Assembly: GCF_006345805.1 (NCBI RefSeq)
Contig: NC_042998.1
Coordinates: forward strand, 101,618,001-101,682,000
Direction of reading: 5' to 3'
Origin: Octopus sinensis
Taxonomy: Eukaryota
Length of the DNA: 64,000 nt
In this document: positions 38,046-52,948 of the stretch, piece after piece
How the letters are laid out: the number at the start of each line of letters is the position of its first letter
How positions within the stretch are numbered: the stretch's first letter is position 1
The notes under the pieces: model-generated
What the model saw: only the letters and a program-made list of their open reading frames with translations
Told to the model about the DNA's origin: nothing
Databases searched by the model: none
Program-made: the position numbers and the translations under genes

Positions 38046-40433
38046 CAACACGCAAGAACAGTAACAGCACAACAAAGCGATAGGTTTTAACAAAATGTTC
38101 GATAACATTATTTGGGCGAATTACGAGTGCTGGGATCACGAAGGACTACGCTGAGAAAAACATGATAAAATGGTTAAGACAATAGACAATCATTGTTCAA
38201 CTTATCTTTTGACGTTTTGCTCTACTTCTTACTGCCTTTAATAGTTTCATGGACACTTAGTAACATTATCTGCAATTGCTTAGAGTCATGTCCAGAGAAA
38301 CTGATGCGCCTCACATTATTTATACGAGCAACTTAATCCCCAGTCAAACACATCATTACTCCTTTAGTTATAGCATTACGATAATCATATCACAGGCTAT
38401 CGTTACTGTTATAGACATTATTATTTTCACTTTAACAGTCTTTCTTTTCATAAATTTATAATTTGCCAGTAAAAAGCTAAACCCCGGCCTAAGTAAGATT
38501 ATAAAATTGAAGAACCTATTCTATTATAAAAGAACATACAACGTAACAAAACTGATGCTTTATTTACATAAATAAAATTTATTATGCGAAAATTTACCAA
38601 GTCAGAACTTTCACCTAATTTCTGAAGTCTTAGTGTAGACTTCACCTTCTTGCTGGAATCTACACGTTTTCGCTATTCTAGTATTTTATATCTTTCCATA
38701 TATCTTTTATTTTCACTTTTTATCTTGTTTTGCCATTTTGTAACTTGACATTGATATGCATAATCTTTCTAACGGTGTTCAATGAAAATGAATACTTATA
38801 CCACTTACGAATTTTAGTTCAATTTTTACAAACTGAATGAAAAATTAATTTGGCTCGAGAGAATGAACTTAGTATGAAGTAACTTTCTATCGCTTCATTT
38901 TTCAAGGTTTCTTTCAGAGAGTAAGAATATGATCAGTAACAAAATTGGCACAGCAGAGTATCTTATTCAAAAAGACAAATGAAGGCAACTTTACTGGTGA
39001 AGCATTTATATAGAATTTGATGAAGATAAAAAGAAATGTTAATTTATCTCACTGTTTACATTTAATTTCTAAATTCATAAATTAAAATTCTTCAACCAAT
39101 ACCCTACTTGTCCTCTGTAGTCCTACTTTCATAATTGTAGTTCTTACTTTGAATTTTGCTGACCATAAAAACTAAAGGTGCAATAAGGTGGTCCGATCTT
39201 GTACTGCAGGTAGGTGGATCAGAGTAGCAAAGGAATCGGTATGCTAAGGCGCCATAGGAATAAGAGCACAAAAAGACGCATTTATTAGTATAGATACTTG
39301 TATGAATACGTTAGTTATTGTGTTGAAACGGTCTGCATTCCTGCTTTCGTGGGCGTTATTTTTCTTGTCTATAAACCAGAAAGTTTTGCGGACGCAAGCA
39401 CAGAAATTCGCATTTATCAGCATAGAGTACGTAGCATGTAAAGTGTACATTTGTCGAATGAACCTATTCCTTGTCACTTGATCTTCAGAAATAGCAGCTT
39501 AGTTTCTACTAATTTATATCGTAAGAATTAAAAGAAAGTAGGATATTTATAATAATATTGTTCTAACAATGAAAGAAAGAGTAGAAAGGATAGATATAAC
39601 TGGAATGACTTCAGATCACAAGAACAAGAGTTGACCTAGCGAACACTCCAGCTACAACAACAATATCGCTCTGTGAAGAAGCTGATTAGATAAACACAGA
39701 TAATGCATCAAGCTGATTTATTTTCTTCATTGCGAATTCATAACAATGTTTTTGCAACGTCTACTTCCTATTAAGATATATTTTTCTCTCTTCTTTTCCT
39801 ATTATTCTTGGAATGTCTACGTATAAAGAAACAATATACGTAGCTATAAAGAAACAACATTATTTCCATGAACAATGATTAGTAAATATAAAATGACAAA
39901 TATAATTTGTAGACGCTTGGCTAAGATTCAGCATTGGAATGCGTTTGGTTATGTCCTTACAATCATGACTGCACTCCATCCATCACTACCACCCCCGTCA
40001 CCATCACCCTCGTCACCACCACCACCACCACCACTGATGCCATTGACATTTGAAAAGACACTAGTACAACGGCAATGACTGCTGTAACAGCAATAAAAGC
40101 AAAGGCGATGTATTCCAGAACATCTGTATTATGCTCCCCATCAAGAACATCAACGTATATATTTGATATGATGCTAATTACCCTCTACAACATTATTGTA
40201 AGCAATACTGAAAATAAAGTTACACAAATTGGTTAAACAAAAAAGTAATCTAATGCTATATTATTTGTGCTTTCATAAAATATTTTTGCATTTCTAGCTG
40301 CATCAACCAATGTAGAGATGTATCTCTATAGTCAATCAAAATAACTGAAACATCGGTCAACTCATCATCAGACCACATATGCACATACATAGTTATATGT
40401 ACATATGCACACACACACACACAGACACACACA

Positions 40434-40532
<99 letters not shown>

Positions 40533-41000
40533 ACGAAGGTGGTTACATGACATAAAACCAAAAAGAAAAATTCAATTTTCGCTAATAGTGACTGAGGGTG
40601 CAGGGAGTCATCTACCCTCCTGGAAACAAAAGTCAAAGGGCCTTATAGCCACAACAAGCACATTCTACGAACTGATAGGGGGATAACCGACTCACAGTGA
40701 TATATATATATATATATATAATAGAAAATTTAAACGAATACATACAATTAGATTAGTGTGTTTAAGTGTTGAGTAGAGGACAGTTACAGTTTAGGCTTTC
40801 TGTTGTTATCCGTAGATGTAACCACACACATAAAGTCAAACACCTAGAAAATAGAATCTGAAACCATAAGAAAAGATAAACCAAACCTAGATACATGAGA
40901 ACCAACTATGAGATACAGAAAACTAGTAACAGACAACAAATTAAACACAACGTCACAAAATCCTAATGCCAGTCCAAACACCCGAACAAACGACCATAAC

Positions 41001-41173
41001 AGAAAATATAAAAACCATGATGTCCTATGGTATAACCAAATCTGGGACTCGAGCATCTCATCCAAGACCGCGAAATAATTTTTCGACACATTTGTTCGCT
41101 GCTTCCCTAAAAATGGTGTGTACAGCAAAATATTCAACAGTCACACTATAAAACTGTCCTATACTTACTTACG
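41001..41173 (+). pseudogene. Penelope-like element fragment (region between RT and endonuclease)
   Basis: RKYKNHDVLWYNQIW..KTAK*FFDTFVRCFPKNGVYSKIFNSHTIKLSYTYL aligns by eye to the PLE motif RNIIWFNPP..TN.GK.FL.LIDKHFP....L.KIFNRNTVK.SYSC. Confidence 0.65.
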
Positions 41174-41410
41174 TGGCAGATATATGCAATTTAACTAAAA
41201 GTTGTATTATATGTACGGGATATTTTTTATAGGAAAAATAGTAGTGAGTATTTATTTTATGAGTGCTATGTATTAGGTGTATAAAATTGTGCATAAATTA
41301 TATAAAGTGTATATATAAAGTGCATGAAGTAATCATCGTATTCCAATTTCCTTCACTTTTTAATAATTAGCAGATGAGCGACTAACTTTTGATACAGAGA
41401 CAAGACAGGC

Positions 41411-41647
41411 TACGATGTCAGGTTTTTTAAAATAAAGTTCTCAGAAATAACCCAATAGGTTTACCATTAATTCTGTAAAATATTCGCGGGTCCTGCTAGT
41501 TCAATGTATCCCCCTCTCAGATTCACACACTTATTGCAGTGGTACTTCAGTTTTTCTAATCCCTGTAAAAGAACTTGGTAGCTTGGGCCTCGAATCAAGC
41601 TTTTCATGACATTCTTAAAGCCAGAAATTTTTCAGCATCACCTCGTA
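41411..41647 (-). mobile_element. Short mariner deletion derivative (MITE-like)
   Basis: The - strand starts TACGAGgtgatgctgaaaaatttctggc (mariner-like TIR) and includes GIRKLKYHCNKCVNLRG, the mariner C-terminal W.KC...GDY region. The other TIR is only weakly recognisable. Confidence 0.5.
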
Positions 41648-43156
41648 TAATCTTCTTATGACTAACCAAAATTACCACAAGACGTGTATAAGGGTTTTAG
41701 ATGAACACTCGCTTCTATTCAGTTTGACAAATTACTTGACAGCAATTTGTGAGCGCTGTAGAAATAATTCGCCCGTTGAATAAACAATTAAAGGGGAAAT
41801 TTGAAGTCCAGGTACTTTTGTTAACAAATAGACACACTACATGCATACCCACACCTACTGCCCCACTCCCGCGCCCCACTGTACTTTGAACGGCCAAGAA
41901 ACAGCAGAGCACTTGCATACATAATGATCATGTCTGCCGTCTTATCCTCCCAGACTCTTCTTTTGTAATTTCAAAGATGATTGAAAAAAGAAAACTGTGA
42001 ACGATAAGAACAAAGATATCAATACTTAGAATATATACTCACCGATATGTTAATTCAATCATGGTAGCACAAACAATGCCTTAAGTAAGATTGTATCTGA
42101 AAAATTGCATCTGAAAATAAAATGAATATATTGTTGCATTACAGCGTAGTTTACTAGTTTCATATTTACAAATTTTGACAGTCGTTACACATAATAAACA
42201 CGAACTATCTAATTGATTACTGGTATATTGTTACTACGAAAGCAGAATTCCAGTAAGAAAAACTAGAGAGATTAAATGCTACACATTGTTACTTTGTCAC
42301 CTCCAATTTTATTATTGAGTTCGCCTTTTCATCTCATGAAGCAAAAGTTTATTGTATACACAAAGGTGGATACAATTTGTTAAAACCCTCTCCTCTATAA
42401 ACCCACACCTGGCTATCTGCTAGTATGTGACAATCTTATTTGATCTGTTAGGGAGTTATACATATTAGTGTGTTTTATTAAATCCATGAAGTCTACTCAC
42501 TGCTCTCTTCTGATATTCCTGGAACGGAGTTAAAGATTGAAGAGAAGGTAATGGACTGAATTATCGGAAAATTATGATTTCAGATCAATTTTTCTTACCA
42601 GGAACTAAGATTCTTTATCTCAGATCACACTGTACTAAATCTACAGGAAGGAAGCTGATAAGTTTTAATTATTTATCAAAGAATAAATATTTTTGTGTTT
42701 GCATACACACACACACACATCGATTTATTATATCTGGAAGCATTCTGAGCGAAACATCGTGCGCAAGATAAGTCGAAAACCTATCGGGATGGAAGTGGTG
42801 TAAACTGGAAATAAGCAGGCCGTGAAGCTATGAGCGTAACAGTTCCAACAAAATCACACAACAAAGAAAAATATATACATAAACGTTAAAAGTGTTATAT
42901 GACGTAGCCCGTATTTTACGCAAGAAAATTTTCGTTAAGAAGTACACACCAATCCGCAAATATTCAGCAGATTTGCTATCCAGGACGATTACACAAAACA
43001 TATAACAAATATCCTAGAAAATCGCTACGTTATAATATAATCCAACTCACACTATAACGAAACTATAACCATCCACAAAAACATCGAATCGAAACATGGA
43101 TTTCTTGGTCCGATCGGAACGTCGGGTACGATGCGACTGCATATGCCGTGAGAGAA

Positions 43157-43224
<68 letters not shown>

Positions 43225-43699
43225 ATCATATATGTTAAGTGTCGAGTAGTAAATTATCCAATTGAGTCTTCGTTAGAAGATTGCATGATTGTATATTGGA
43301 ATTTGAACGTTATTTGTTTTCTATTTCTAGCACATTGCGTGTTGTCATGCTGTGCCAGTGCTCAGTATTCGCAATCAATCTCCTAAGTGTTGTAGTAATA
43401 CCATTAACTTTTCTTTTCTCTCTATTTCAATTTGAAGATATCGCTCTGTTTGGTTTAAACATACTTGTGTAATATAAACTATGTTGTGTGTAGATGTAGA
43501 ATAAATATATTAAATGAACGGAAACCATAAACATATCCGTACGTAATGCACAATATATTTCATCATAACAATATGCATTAAACATATATTTTGTTTTCCT
43601 TATTCCAAACATCAAATGCAACTATGTTTTAGTTCCTTGTTTTTCTGAAATGAGAATATGCAATTACAAGGAAACATAGTTTATCTTTCATCTTTTTCT

Positions 43700-43852
43700 T
43701 CTTTTATTCATTAGACTGCGACACAGCTGGGACACCGCCGTATAGAATTGATCCCAGAATCTTCCATATTTGAAATTTTGGTATATATTTTATCACACCC
43801 AAGAACTATATCGTTGGGAAGCAGACTTCTTGCCACACGATCACGCTTGTGG
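43700..43852 (-). mobile_element. Internally deleted SINE family C
   Basis: The - strand has the head gcgtgatcgtgtggcaagaagtctgcttcccaac and the tail cagctgtgtcgcagtctaatgaataaaag. Confidence 0.55.
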
Positions 43853-43994
43853 CTATATACCAGAAACAGGTATACAGAAGGAAATTTTCTTTGCATTCCG
43901 CCTTTGCATTTCACCTTTATTTGTAAATATGATGGCTGCATTTAGTTGACAAGATACACACACACACACACAAATATATATATATATTATATAT

Positions 43995-44051
<57 letters not shown>

Positions 44052-44834
44052 CAAAAGTGCTTGTATTTTTGTTATTGCTTTAAATCTAGCTTTTGTTTTG
44101 GAAGATGTTAAACAAATGACATCACCACAGTTGAAAGTGTGCAGCTGTCTTATTTAATTTAATCATTTATTTAATTTCTGTCGCAATTGATAAATAATAA
44201 CGACGATGCTTACACACTCATGAAGGACCAGTCATTGATTCACTGCATTATTGATTGCGCTGCATCATTGATTGAACGATAAGCGTGTGTCTGTGACTCT
44301 CTTTATAACAGATATCACAGGGAATTTCGTTCGTTGAACACTGGTTTTCTTTGCCAACAGTTATATTGTTATATATATGCATGCACACACACACACACAC
44401 ACACACACACCACACACACACACACACACACCACACACACGCACACACACGTATGTATGTATTGTCTTTGCCGGTGGTGGTGGTGGTAGTGGTGGTGGTG
44501 CTTGTTTCAGCCATAATCGTGTTAGCGAAATACCACGTAGTATAAGGTATATTTTGAAAACCCGTTCTGAATAACGTTACGTTGGTAGATAAAACATGTA
44601 TCTCTGTTACATAGTGGGAGGGGAAAAAACGGTTACTGATTTAGGCTGGAGGAGTCAGCATAAATGTAGAAGGAACGTTCAAAAATATATTTTGAACATT
44701 TCTCTACACCTACATGTATGTATGTGTATGTCTCTATATGTCTGTGCGTATGTATTTATTGGTCCAGTCAGTTTCTTGCGATTCTTAGATTGCGCCTGTG
44801 AGGTGGACCATCTATACTCGACATTCAGAGTAGG

Positions 44835-44865
<31 letters not shown>

Positions 44866-45249
44866 GTTATGGATGAATCTGCGAATATTATCAGATTCAT
44901 GGTATCACATGGTTATTCTGTTTTAAATGCCTCAGAATGTCATCAAAATGCTCCTCAGAATGTCATCAAAATAAACGTTTTTTCTGAGGAAAAAAATTGG
45001 AGACTCAAGTAAAAAAAATCATAATCCGCGATAAAACCAATTATACATTAATGCGGTTCTGTTGGTGATTAAATGTGGTAACAAGCATTACTCAAATTAT
45101 AGATATGCATCATTTTGATTTCTTTACATGCATATATATTGTAAATGTGAATCAGATGTATGTAATACCGAATATTTTACATGCATTTGATATGTGTATT
45201 ATATTTGACTGTTGGTCCTATTCCACGTTTTCTGGTTTTCCTGGTAAGA

Positions 45250-46620
45250 TCAGAGACTGAATATATGAGATACTAAATGAAGTCTGCAATTGTGGAGCAA
45301 GTGATATATGAAGGTCGAATTTCTTGTGCAGTACTGTCAGGAGGATTATGGCAAGATGTGTGATGCTATCTGCATATGAAATCGGATACTTGTTTTGTAG
45401 AAGTATGGGACATACATATATTTATAGCTTGAACGTGTGGATAAAAGGTAGCACTCTTTAGTACTGCATTCGAAAACTGCAGGAATTGTTTATGCACACC
45501 TCATAGGCTTGATACGTAGTTTGTTAGCCAGCTGACTACATGTTAAGCTGCGTGTAATGTTCCTTCCGGGGGTGTTGAATGAGAAGATAGGGGAATATGA
45601 TGTCGAAACATTTGGTGATACCGATGTCAGTTAAAATGGTATATGAGTGAAATATTTGTTGTTAGAATCATTCGGTAAGTTCCGTTACATCTATGCGTAA
45701 TGGGGGTGATTAAATATAGTGATTATACTTAATGTTTTAATTGTGAGTTTAATTGAGTATGTGAATTAGAAGTAGCAACGAAGGGACTATATACTTGTTG
45801 AGAAATTACATTGAAGGGTTTCGTGTCAGTATTACAATAGTTGACTTTGGGTATTACTGGGATACGGAATTGTTATAATTTTGCTCACCTTCCTGATTTT
45901 GAGAATTTGATGCCGTTAAGAGGAGATTTATATGATGGTGAGTACAGCTATTTCTTCAATACGATGTTAGATGCTATAGATGTATGTTTAACTTTTGTAC
46001 AATCGGAGGTCTTTGAATAAACATTTTTGCATTGATTTTCGGGCGTATCAAGCAGAGGTGTAAAAATTGTAGCCCATGGATAAAGTGCGTATTTTTCGTT
46101 TTGTTGTTATCTAATGTTTCGAAGAATTTCAGCCATTGTTTTTCGAGAATGTCTGACGAGGGAGCGTGTTTTGTACTGCAGTATGTATACATCGTTTGTA
46201 ATAGATATTGTGGTACTGAGTGTGTTGTGATCGTTGTTATTGACGATTATGCTAATTACTCTGCAGACTGATTTATTGTCAGTTTTATGGTTTAAGATCT
46301 ATAAAAATATTTGTCGATCTCCTAAATATCATTTGCTTATGATTTTATTTAATATTTTCTTGTTTACTTGTTTGGTGTTGTTTCTATATTTACGCTGTGT
46401 GTAGATTTAACGTATTGTGTTTGAGGCTGTCTCTGATTTTTATGAGATTGGCTATTCTGCTGTGAATAGGTAGTTCTATTGTTATGTGATCTTGTGGGAT
46501 ATTATACATAGATCCGTAAATATTTTGTTGAATATGTGTCCTAGAGTGTCTACAGTGATGATTATGATGTGGTAAATACTTAAAATCTTGATTATATTTC
46601 TTTATAAAACTTATAATACG
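45250..46620 (-). pseudogene. Possible ancient Penelope-like RT remnant
   Basis: Scattered weak motifs on -: LQFLHLCLIR..FIQRPP (compare LPFLD..I.R..YRKPT) and YVPYFYKTSIRF. Strong strand asymmetry. Confidence 0.3.
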
Positions 46621-46699
46621 GTAACTTTTGACAGGTGTCCTGTTCGTCTGTCGGACTGCCTGTATTATCGGTATATGTTGTTTCTCCCCTCTCTCTCAG

Positions 46700-46730
<31 letters not shown>

Positions 46731-46740
46731 CAACAATTGA

Positions 46741-47079
46741 GGGTAAAATTAATTAATTAATCAATTTCACCAAGTATTCAGTATGCAAAGGGACCATTTA
46801 AGGCGAATTCAAATTATTACATTATATAAAAGGGCTTAGTAAAATAAATTACTTTGCCGCATACTGAACTCATTAGAAATAGCAGCCAAAAAAAAAACTT
46901 TTCTAAAACTATTTCTAATACTTAAAGAAAACCTCTCTCATATAGTGTTTGCTCAATTCAACTCACGGAATTTCTTTAAGTATTAGAAATAGTTTTAGAA
47001 AAGTTTTTTTGGCTGCTATTTCTAATGAGTTCAGTATGCGGCAAAGTAATTATTTTACTAAGCCCTTTTATATAATGTA
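46741..47079 (-). mobile_element. Third copy of the ttggctgctatttcta/attaattttaccct family, ending in a near-perfect 110-bp foldback
   Basis: 46741-46880 is the reverse complement of the 6300-6468 type sequence. Arms 46818-46930 and 46971-47079 differ only by small indels, with a 40-nt loop. Confidence 0.8.
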
Positions 47080-47231
47080 TATATATATATATATTATATA
47101 TATATATGTGTGTGTGTGTGTGGTGTGTGTGTGTGTGTGGTGTGTGCGTGTATGTAAGTGTGCAAGTATGTGTCTGTATATGCCTATATATTTACTATAT
47201 ATGTATGTACGCATGTATGTATGTATGTATG

Positions 47232-47269
<38 letters not shown>

Positions 47270-47406
47270 TACTAGAGGTAGAGTAATGTGCTTTATTAAA
47301 AAGCATATTAGAAACAAAACTGTCCGACGAACGAGAACGTGAAACTCCGAAAACAGTTTTTGTGATTTTTTGCTGCTTTTTAATAAAGTCTATATATATA
47401 AATATA

Positions 47407-47716
47407 TCACCGTGGTTACCGTGACCGATCAGGCAATCAGATGTTACTACACATCGCTGCTCACAACGCGCTTCTCATTGTTTTAGCCTTCAAATGTCGC
47501 CACCCCGCTGGCTAAGCGAGCAGCCCGACAGAAGAAAGAGTTAGAGAAAGTTGTGGCGAGAGAGTACAGCAGGGATTTCCACCACTCCCTGCCGCAGTCT
47601 CGTGGAGCTTTAGGTGTTTTCGCTCAATAAACATTCACAACACCCGGTCTGGGAATGGAAACCGCGATCCTACGACCGCGAGTCCGCTGCCCTAACCACT
47701 GGGCCATTGCGCCTCC
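47407..47716 (-). mobile_element. tRNA-derived SINE family B
   Basis: Reverse complement of 61320-61627 along its whole length, with a tail of tandem cacggt repeats. Flanked by (TA)n and (CA)n. Confidence 0.9.
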
Positions 47717-47770
47717 ACACACACACACACACCACACACACACTCACACACACACACACACACACATACA

Positions 47771-47835
<65 letters not shown>

Positions 47836-47836
<1 letters not shown>

Positions 47837-48828
47837 TAGCTGGGTATGCCGTCGTTGCGAGCCAAATTTCACAATGGAATGTCTTTATTTGAAGTTATTT
47901 TCACTAGGTGGATAGATATAAAGGTTTTGCTTCCTGCTCAAGAACATCCAACGTAAAGATGACCAACGATGGAGCAGGTTTTTCAAAGTTTGAGCCGGCA
48001 ACCGAAAATGCTTACCCTTGCCATTTGTTGATGGTTATGGCAAAACTAAGTCTCACTGTTAATTTTAATCATTTGAACTGAAATGGGAGATCGTCTTCTG
48101 AGTCTGTAATCGACGTATCGGAGAGACACAGGGAGAGGGGATCTTTTCTGGTGCTGTCATAAATATTGAAATTTTAAAATCAAGTGAAACATTTCAAATT
48201 TGGTATACTGATGTAATTTTTCACGCTGAATACGATTTTGACATTCATTTTGCCCCAGATAAACAAATTAGAAGAATGTTTCCGATGTTTCACGTTTGAT
48301 AACCTTAAGCCTGTCGAAACACAAATCTTGGAAGCTAGAATTTTCTGCGTAGTAGCCATCACAAAATGAAAGCAAACATTACAGCGACGACGTTTTAAAC
48401 AAATCAATGAAATTACATGTCGTATCAAGATGGAGATAGAGAGAGAGAAGAGAGAGAGAGACAAAGAAAGTTAAAGAGAGAAAGAGAAAGAGGGAGATTC
48501 ATATACAGAGAAAAGAGTGAGAGAGAGAGGGGGGGTTCATATACAAAGAAAAATGCGAGAGAGTGTGATAAGTATATATAGGGAGGGTGAACTTGTAAAT
48601 GACAGAGAGCGAAAGATTCACAGATATGACAGATAGAGAGAATGAGATTTAGCGATTTGAAAGCTGAGTTAATTCTCATATCAAATCATATTTTTTATTA
48701 TTGAAAAAAGAACTTCTTTTGGTACTGTGATTTAGAAAATAAAATCCGTTTCTCTCGAGGACACACCATTTTAGAGCGTTTCGGAGGTGTATACACATAC
48801 ATACACACATTCCCATTTATATCGTAGA
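47836..48828 (-). mobile_element. Putative non-autonomous Helitron
   Basis: The - strand ends gctcgcaacgacggcatacccagCTAG/t, similar to the terminus at 54445-54474. The candidate 5' end is a/TCTACG at 48828. The internal (GA)-rich tract has no coding capacity. Confidence 0.45.
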
Positions 48829-48877
48829 TATATGTACACACATACACATCTATATATACATACATGCATCTATTTAA

Positions 48878-48937
<60 letters not shown>

Positions 48938-49344
48938 CATGTTCGAGCTAAATTTGACATGATTTTCATTTACGGTTGCATCTTGGAACTCCAAGGACTT
49001 CCTTGTCTCTTTTGTTGATGAGGTATTTAGTAAAAACCTTCTGCCTTCTGTTCTTGAATTGCAAATGCATAACCTTTTATGTGTAATGCAATGTAGAGAT
49101 CATGAGTACAAGAGAAGCTTCGCTTCCTGTCAATGTTACTATCTTCTTCAAATCTACGATAAGTACACCCATGCAAGTTGTTTTTTGTTATACTGAGCTT
49201 AGCTCATAATTGAGTTGTATGTAATTTAATGCAAAATAGTGCAATAGTGCACGAGAGTGTTATCAACTATTACGTATAATTAATATTGTTAACTTTCGTA
49301 GAGTAAATCTTCCATTTTATAAAAAGAATTACTCAAAATTAGCA

Positions 49345-50240
49345 TTGTACTGTCATTGAATATATCTCTTGTAGTACACTTTTTGAACCAATTTTTGTGT
49401 GAACTGCTGTATCAGTTTATTGAAAGCCACTTTTTGTTCGTTTCTGCAATCAATTTTCTGTCCCCGAAAGCTGTTCTTCATTGGAACAAACATGTGGGCA
49501 TCAGAGACTGCTATATCCTAGCTGTATGATAGGTTTGGGGCTACTACATTGTCCGCTTTGTTGACTGCCTAATTTGCTGCCAAATATATGCGACTTCACG
49601 CATTCTCATGGTAGATGTGCATCTTCATTTCAATGACTTCTCTAAGGGTTTTTAGTGTCTCAACGTAATAATACTTTTTAATTACAGCTGTGTTCTAGAC
49701 TAAAAGAGAATAACGCTCTTGGCAACCAACCACAAAGGATTCATGCAAAATGTAAGCTCTTGATTTTCTTTGACCTTAGAGAAAAGGGGTGACGCTATTC
49801 CACTGACAGAGCCTTCGTTTATAAATCAATAAAATGTTCACTGTACAGTTCCTCTCACAAGATGGGAGCCAATCGTATCTTCATTAGATTCAAACGCTAG
49901 CAGCAGGCAAGAGCATACTTCTACAATTCTCTCCTTTAAACAGGGTAACAAATACGAAGTGCTCTGCACAGATTTTCTGAAACCGAATGTCTTCCATCAT
50001 TTTCTGTAATGGGATTGTAACCACATTTCCGTTGTGTAGTGGAATCAAAGATTAGGATTACACTTTCTGCATGAATCAATCTGTTCACACGCTGATGAAT
50101 TTTGGCAGCAGTTACTAGCCTCCGAGTGAGTCGTTTGTCTTCAATATTGGTACCAGTTCTTTAAACATATTCATCCGTCTACGCACAGTGCTTCTGTCAA
50201 TAGTGTTCAGCAGCAGACTCGAGGATTGGGACTAGTCTCT
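49345..50240 (-). pseudogene. Mariner (DD34D-spaced) transposase pseudogene
   Basis: The - strand gives TIDRSTVRRRMNMFKE, MMEDIRFQKICA, YYVETLKTLRE and HIYHENA...LSYS*DIAVSDAHMF. I count 34 residues between the (D-to-E) NA residue and the SD aspartate. Confidence 0.75.
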
Positions 50241-51084
50241 CCGCATAAAGAAATTTGTATAGTCGTTGACTAATTGTTGTCGCAGTTACCGATCTCCGAG
50301 AGCGTGGCTTGTCATAATATTGGTTTTCCCTCCTTTCGTCTGTGCTATTGTCACAGGTGTTATATCCTGTAATCTTCTCTTGATGTCGGAAAGTCTACTT
50401 TTCCTTTTGTCAAAATCTCGACAGCATGTTGTTATTGTCTTGCTACGAAGAAAAGCAGGAAAGAGATTTAATATAAAGGAGGAACTACTCTACTAACATG
50501 CTTTTTGAATGACCTATATAGGATAATGAAAATAGTTTAAGGTCATTATTGTATTACTTTCTGTACAACATTTGTAGAAATCAATAAACGACCTGAAGAC
50601 TTTATGCATATTATATGTACTTTAAGTTATTCGCGCTAGTGATAATCTAATCAACTCTATTTCTTCTGCAGATTATGACCCACACATGCATATATGGAAA
50701 AATATGACACACATTTATGTAGCATGTAAAATCATACGTGTATCGTTCCTGCCTTACGTAACAATGTGGATATATAGACAATAATATAAATATATAAATA
50801 TATACATACGCATATATACATACACATATATATATTTATATACATATATATATATACATACAAAGACACACACACATATGCCACTAATTGTGACTGTCAG
50901 TGCAAGGTTGGACCTACATTGCTAGACATAAGACCTAAAAGGCCTAATGGCGCAAGGAATCTTATGTCCTAAGGGCTTTTAGCTCTTCTTTTTAGTCATG
51001 TAGGTAGTACTTTGTAACGTCATTCACAATTAGTGACAATTGAATTTTTGCTTTTGGCTTGATATTGCTTATAGCTGCTTTCCT

Positions 51085-51169
<85 letters not shown>

Positions 51170-51334
51170 GTGTGTATGTGTGTGTGTGTATCAACCTAGT
51201 AAAGAACACATTACTAAGACTTCCGCTTTATATTCCAATGAAAATATATCCAATGGAATTCGCACTTTATCGCAGCACTCAGTAACAGGATTTACTGAAA
51301 AAATGTACGTAATATAAACAAAATAAACCCCAAA

Positions 51335-51740
51335 GTACCAGGTCCATTCCTCTCTTCAACGTACATGTCTTTATGCCAATAAGTAGAATATTTTTCAGAA
51401 TACTCTAATAACACTCCACTCCAGCTATAAATACCATAAAATAACAAGCAAATAGAACATAAAAATACCATACGCAGAAAGATCTTTGATCCTGCCCTCT
51501 AAACGGAAAGTGTCACACACGTAATATTATCTATAATGCAACTGTAATCAGGACCACTACACCACCAACTACATCGATATATAGGCTCTTTATCAAACAA
51601 GTTCAAGACAGGATACAACAAATATACACATAATGTCCGCAAACCAAACAAGAAAAATGACACTTCATTATCCATGTATATAAAACCATTAAAACCAAAT
51701 AAAACCACTTTTATCACTAATTGGAAATTTCTGTAACACA
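51335..51740 (+). pseudogene. Penelope-like linker plus GIY-YIG fragment
   Basis: RYIGSLSNKFKTGYNKYTHNVRKPNKKNDTSLSMYIK...NWKFL matches the PLE endonuclease pattern YIG.T.N.FK.RY..H..SF......T.LS.YIW.LK. Confidence 0.65.
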
Positions 51741-52836
51741 GATATCATAACAAAGAAAATATATCCTTGCCAGCCTTGCATCAATGAATCCTACTACATT
51801 CTCTTATTTAAATCGAAATACTGCCCCTAATTCGGAATTAGTCTCTTCCTGAAATTACAATTGGATGTAATATATGTGTGTGTGCGTGTGTGTGTGCGTG
51901 TGTGTGTGCGTGTTTCTGTGTGTTTATAAATTTTGAGACTTAAACTGAGGTGATAATTGAAGTAACAGTGGCCTGTTAAGCTCCAATGCTTTCAAACGAT
52001 TTGCAATCTCATAATGACGGAGTGGAAAAGCAAAAGTAATGGTAATGTGCAGCAAACAAATTAACACTACAAACACTCACTATCGGCATCATTTCCTGAA
52101 GTCACTTTAATCTTTTGATTAGCTATTCGAACGCTCAACCAGATGGGTGACCATTTTTTTAAAGGGAGTTTTGTTATACGAATGCATGCCATCAGAGAAG
52201 AAATTAACTCATAGGTTATCTCTGAAATTGAACGTTGTTTGAGTGAGCCTGCAGATGTAAAATAAATCATGTGAACAGCAGCAAATTTGTGTTTGCCGAT
52301 ATATCGTGTTGAAGTTGAAAAAAAATGTTCCTCATATATTCACCATTAAAATGATGATGCACAATTTGATGTCTATTATGTTATTTAATATATGCAGAGA
52401 CACACACATATGCATACATACTATCTCGTATATCAAAATTTCGTTTTTTAAGATATAATTTAATTCTGATAATCATCTTATACGCCTAAAATTTTATAAT
52501 ACACACTTACATAATTATGGCAAAATATAATTTCCCAAGATATATTTTATAATATTGTTAATGTGTAAAAATTGAATACAAAATATTTACTCCCCCTTTT
52601 CTTCTATTTCTTCCTCACTCCCTATATTCGTTCCAGATACATATAAATAAATAAATACGAAGGAGTATATATGCATATGTATAAACATACATACACAGAT
52701 GTTTCTGTGCGCATATATTGTATATTGCGTATAGAATTATGTAAAAATGTCAATACATCACCGTGCGTTTCGTTTTAGTATATCGCAATCGTTTATGCGG
52801 CTGTAAGTTTCTTTGTGTATGAGTACTTATGCATGT

Positions 52837-52906
<70 letters not shown>

Positions 52907-52915
52907 GTGTGTGTG

Positions 52916-52948
<33 letters not shown>

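Noticed and set aside
37962-38087. Poly-His/poly-Gln frame (GSPEPEHPREAHHHNHHHHHHHQQQQQQQH...)
   Set aside because: It is short, bounded by stops, lacks a convincing acceptor, and is explained by CAC/CAA microsatellites that also occur at about 40000 and 44470.
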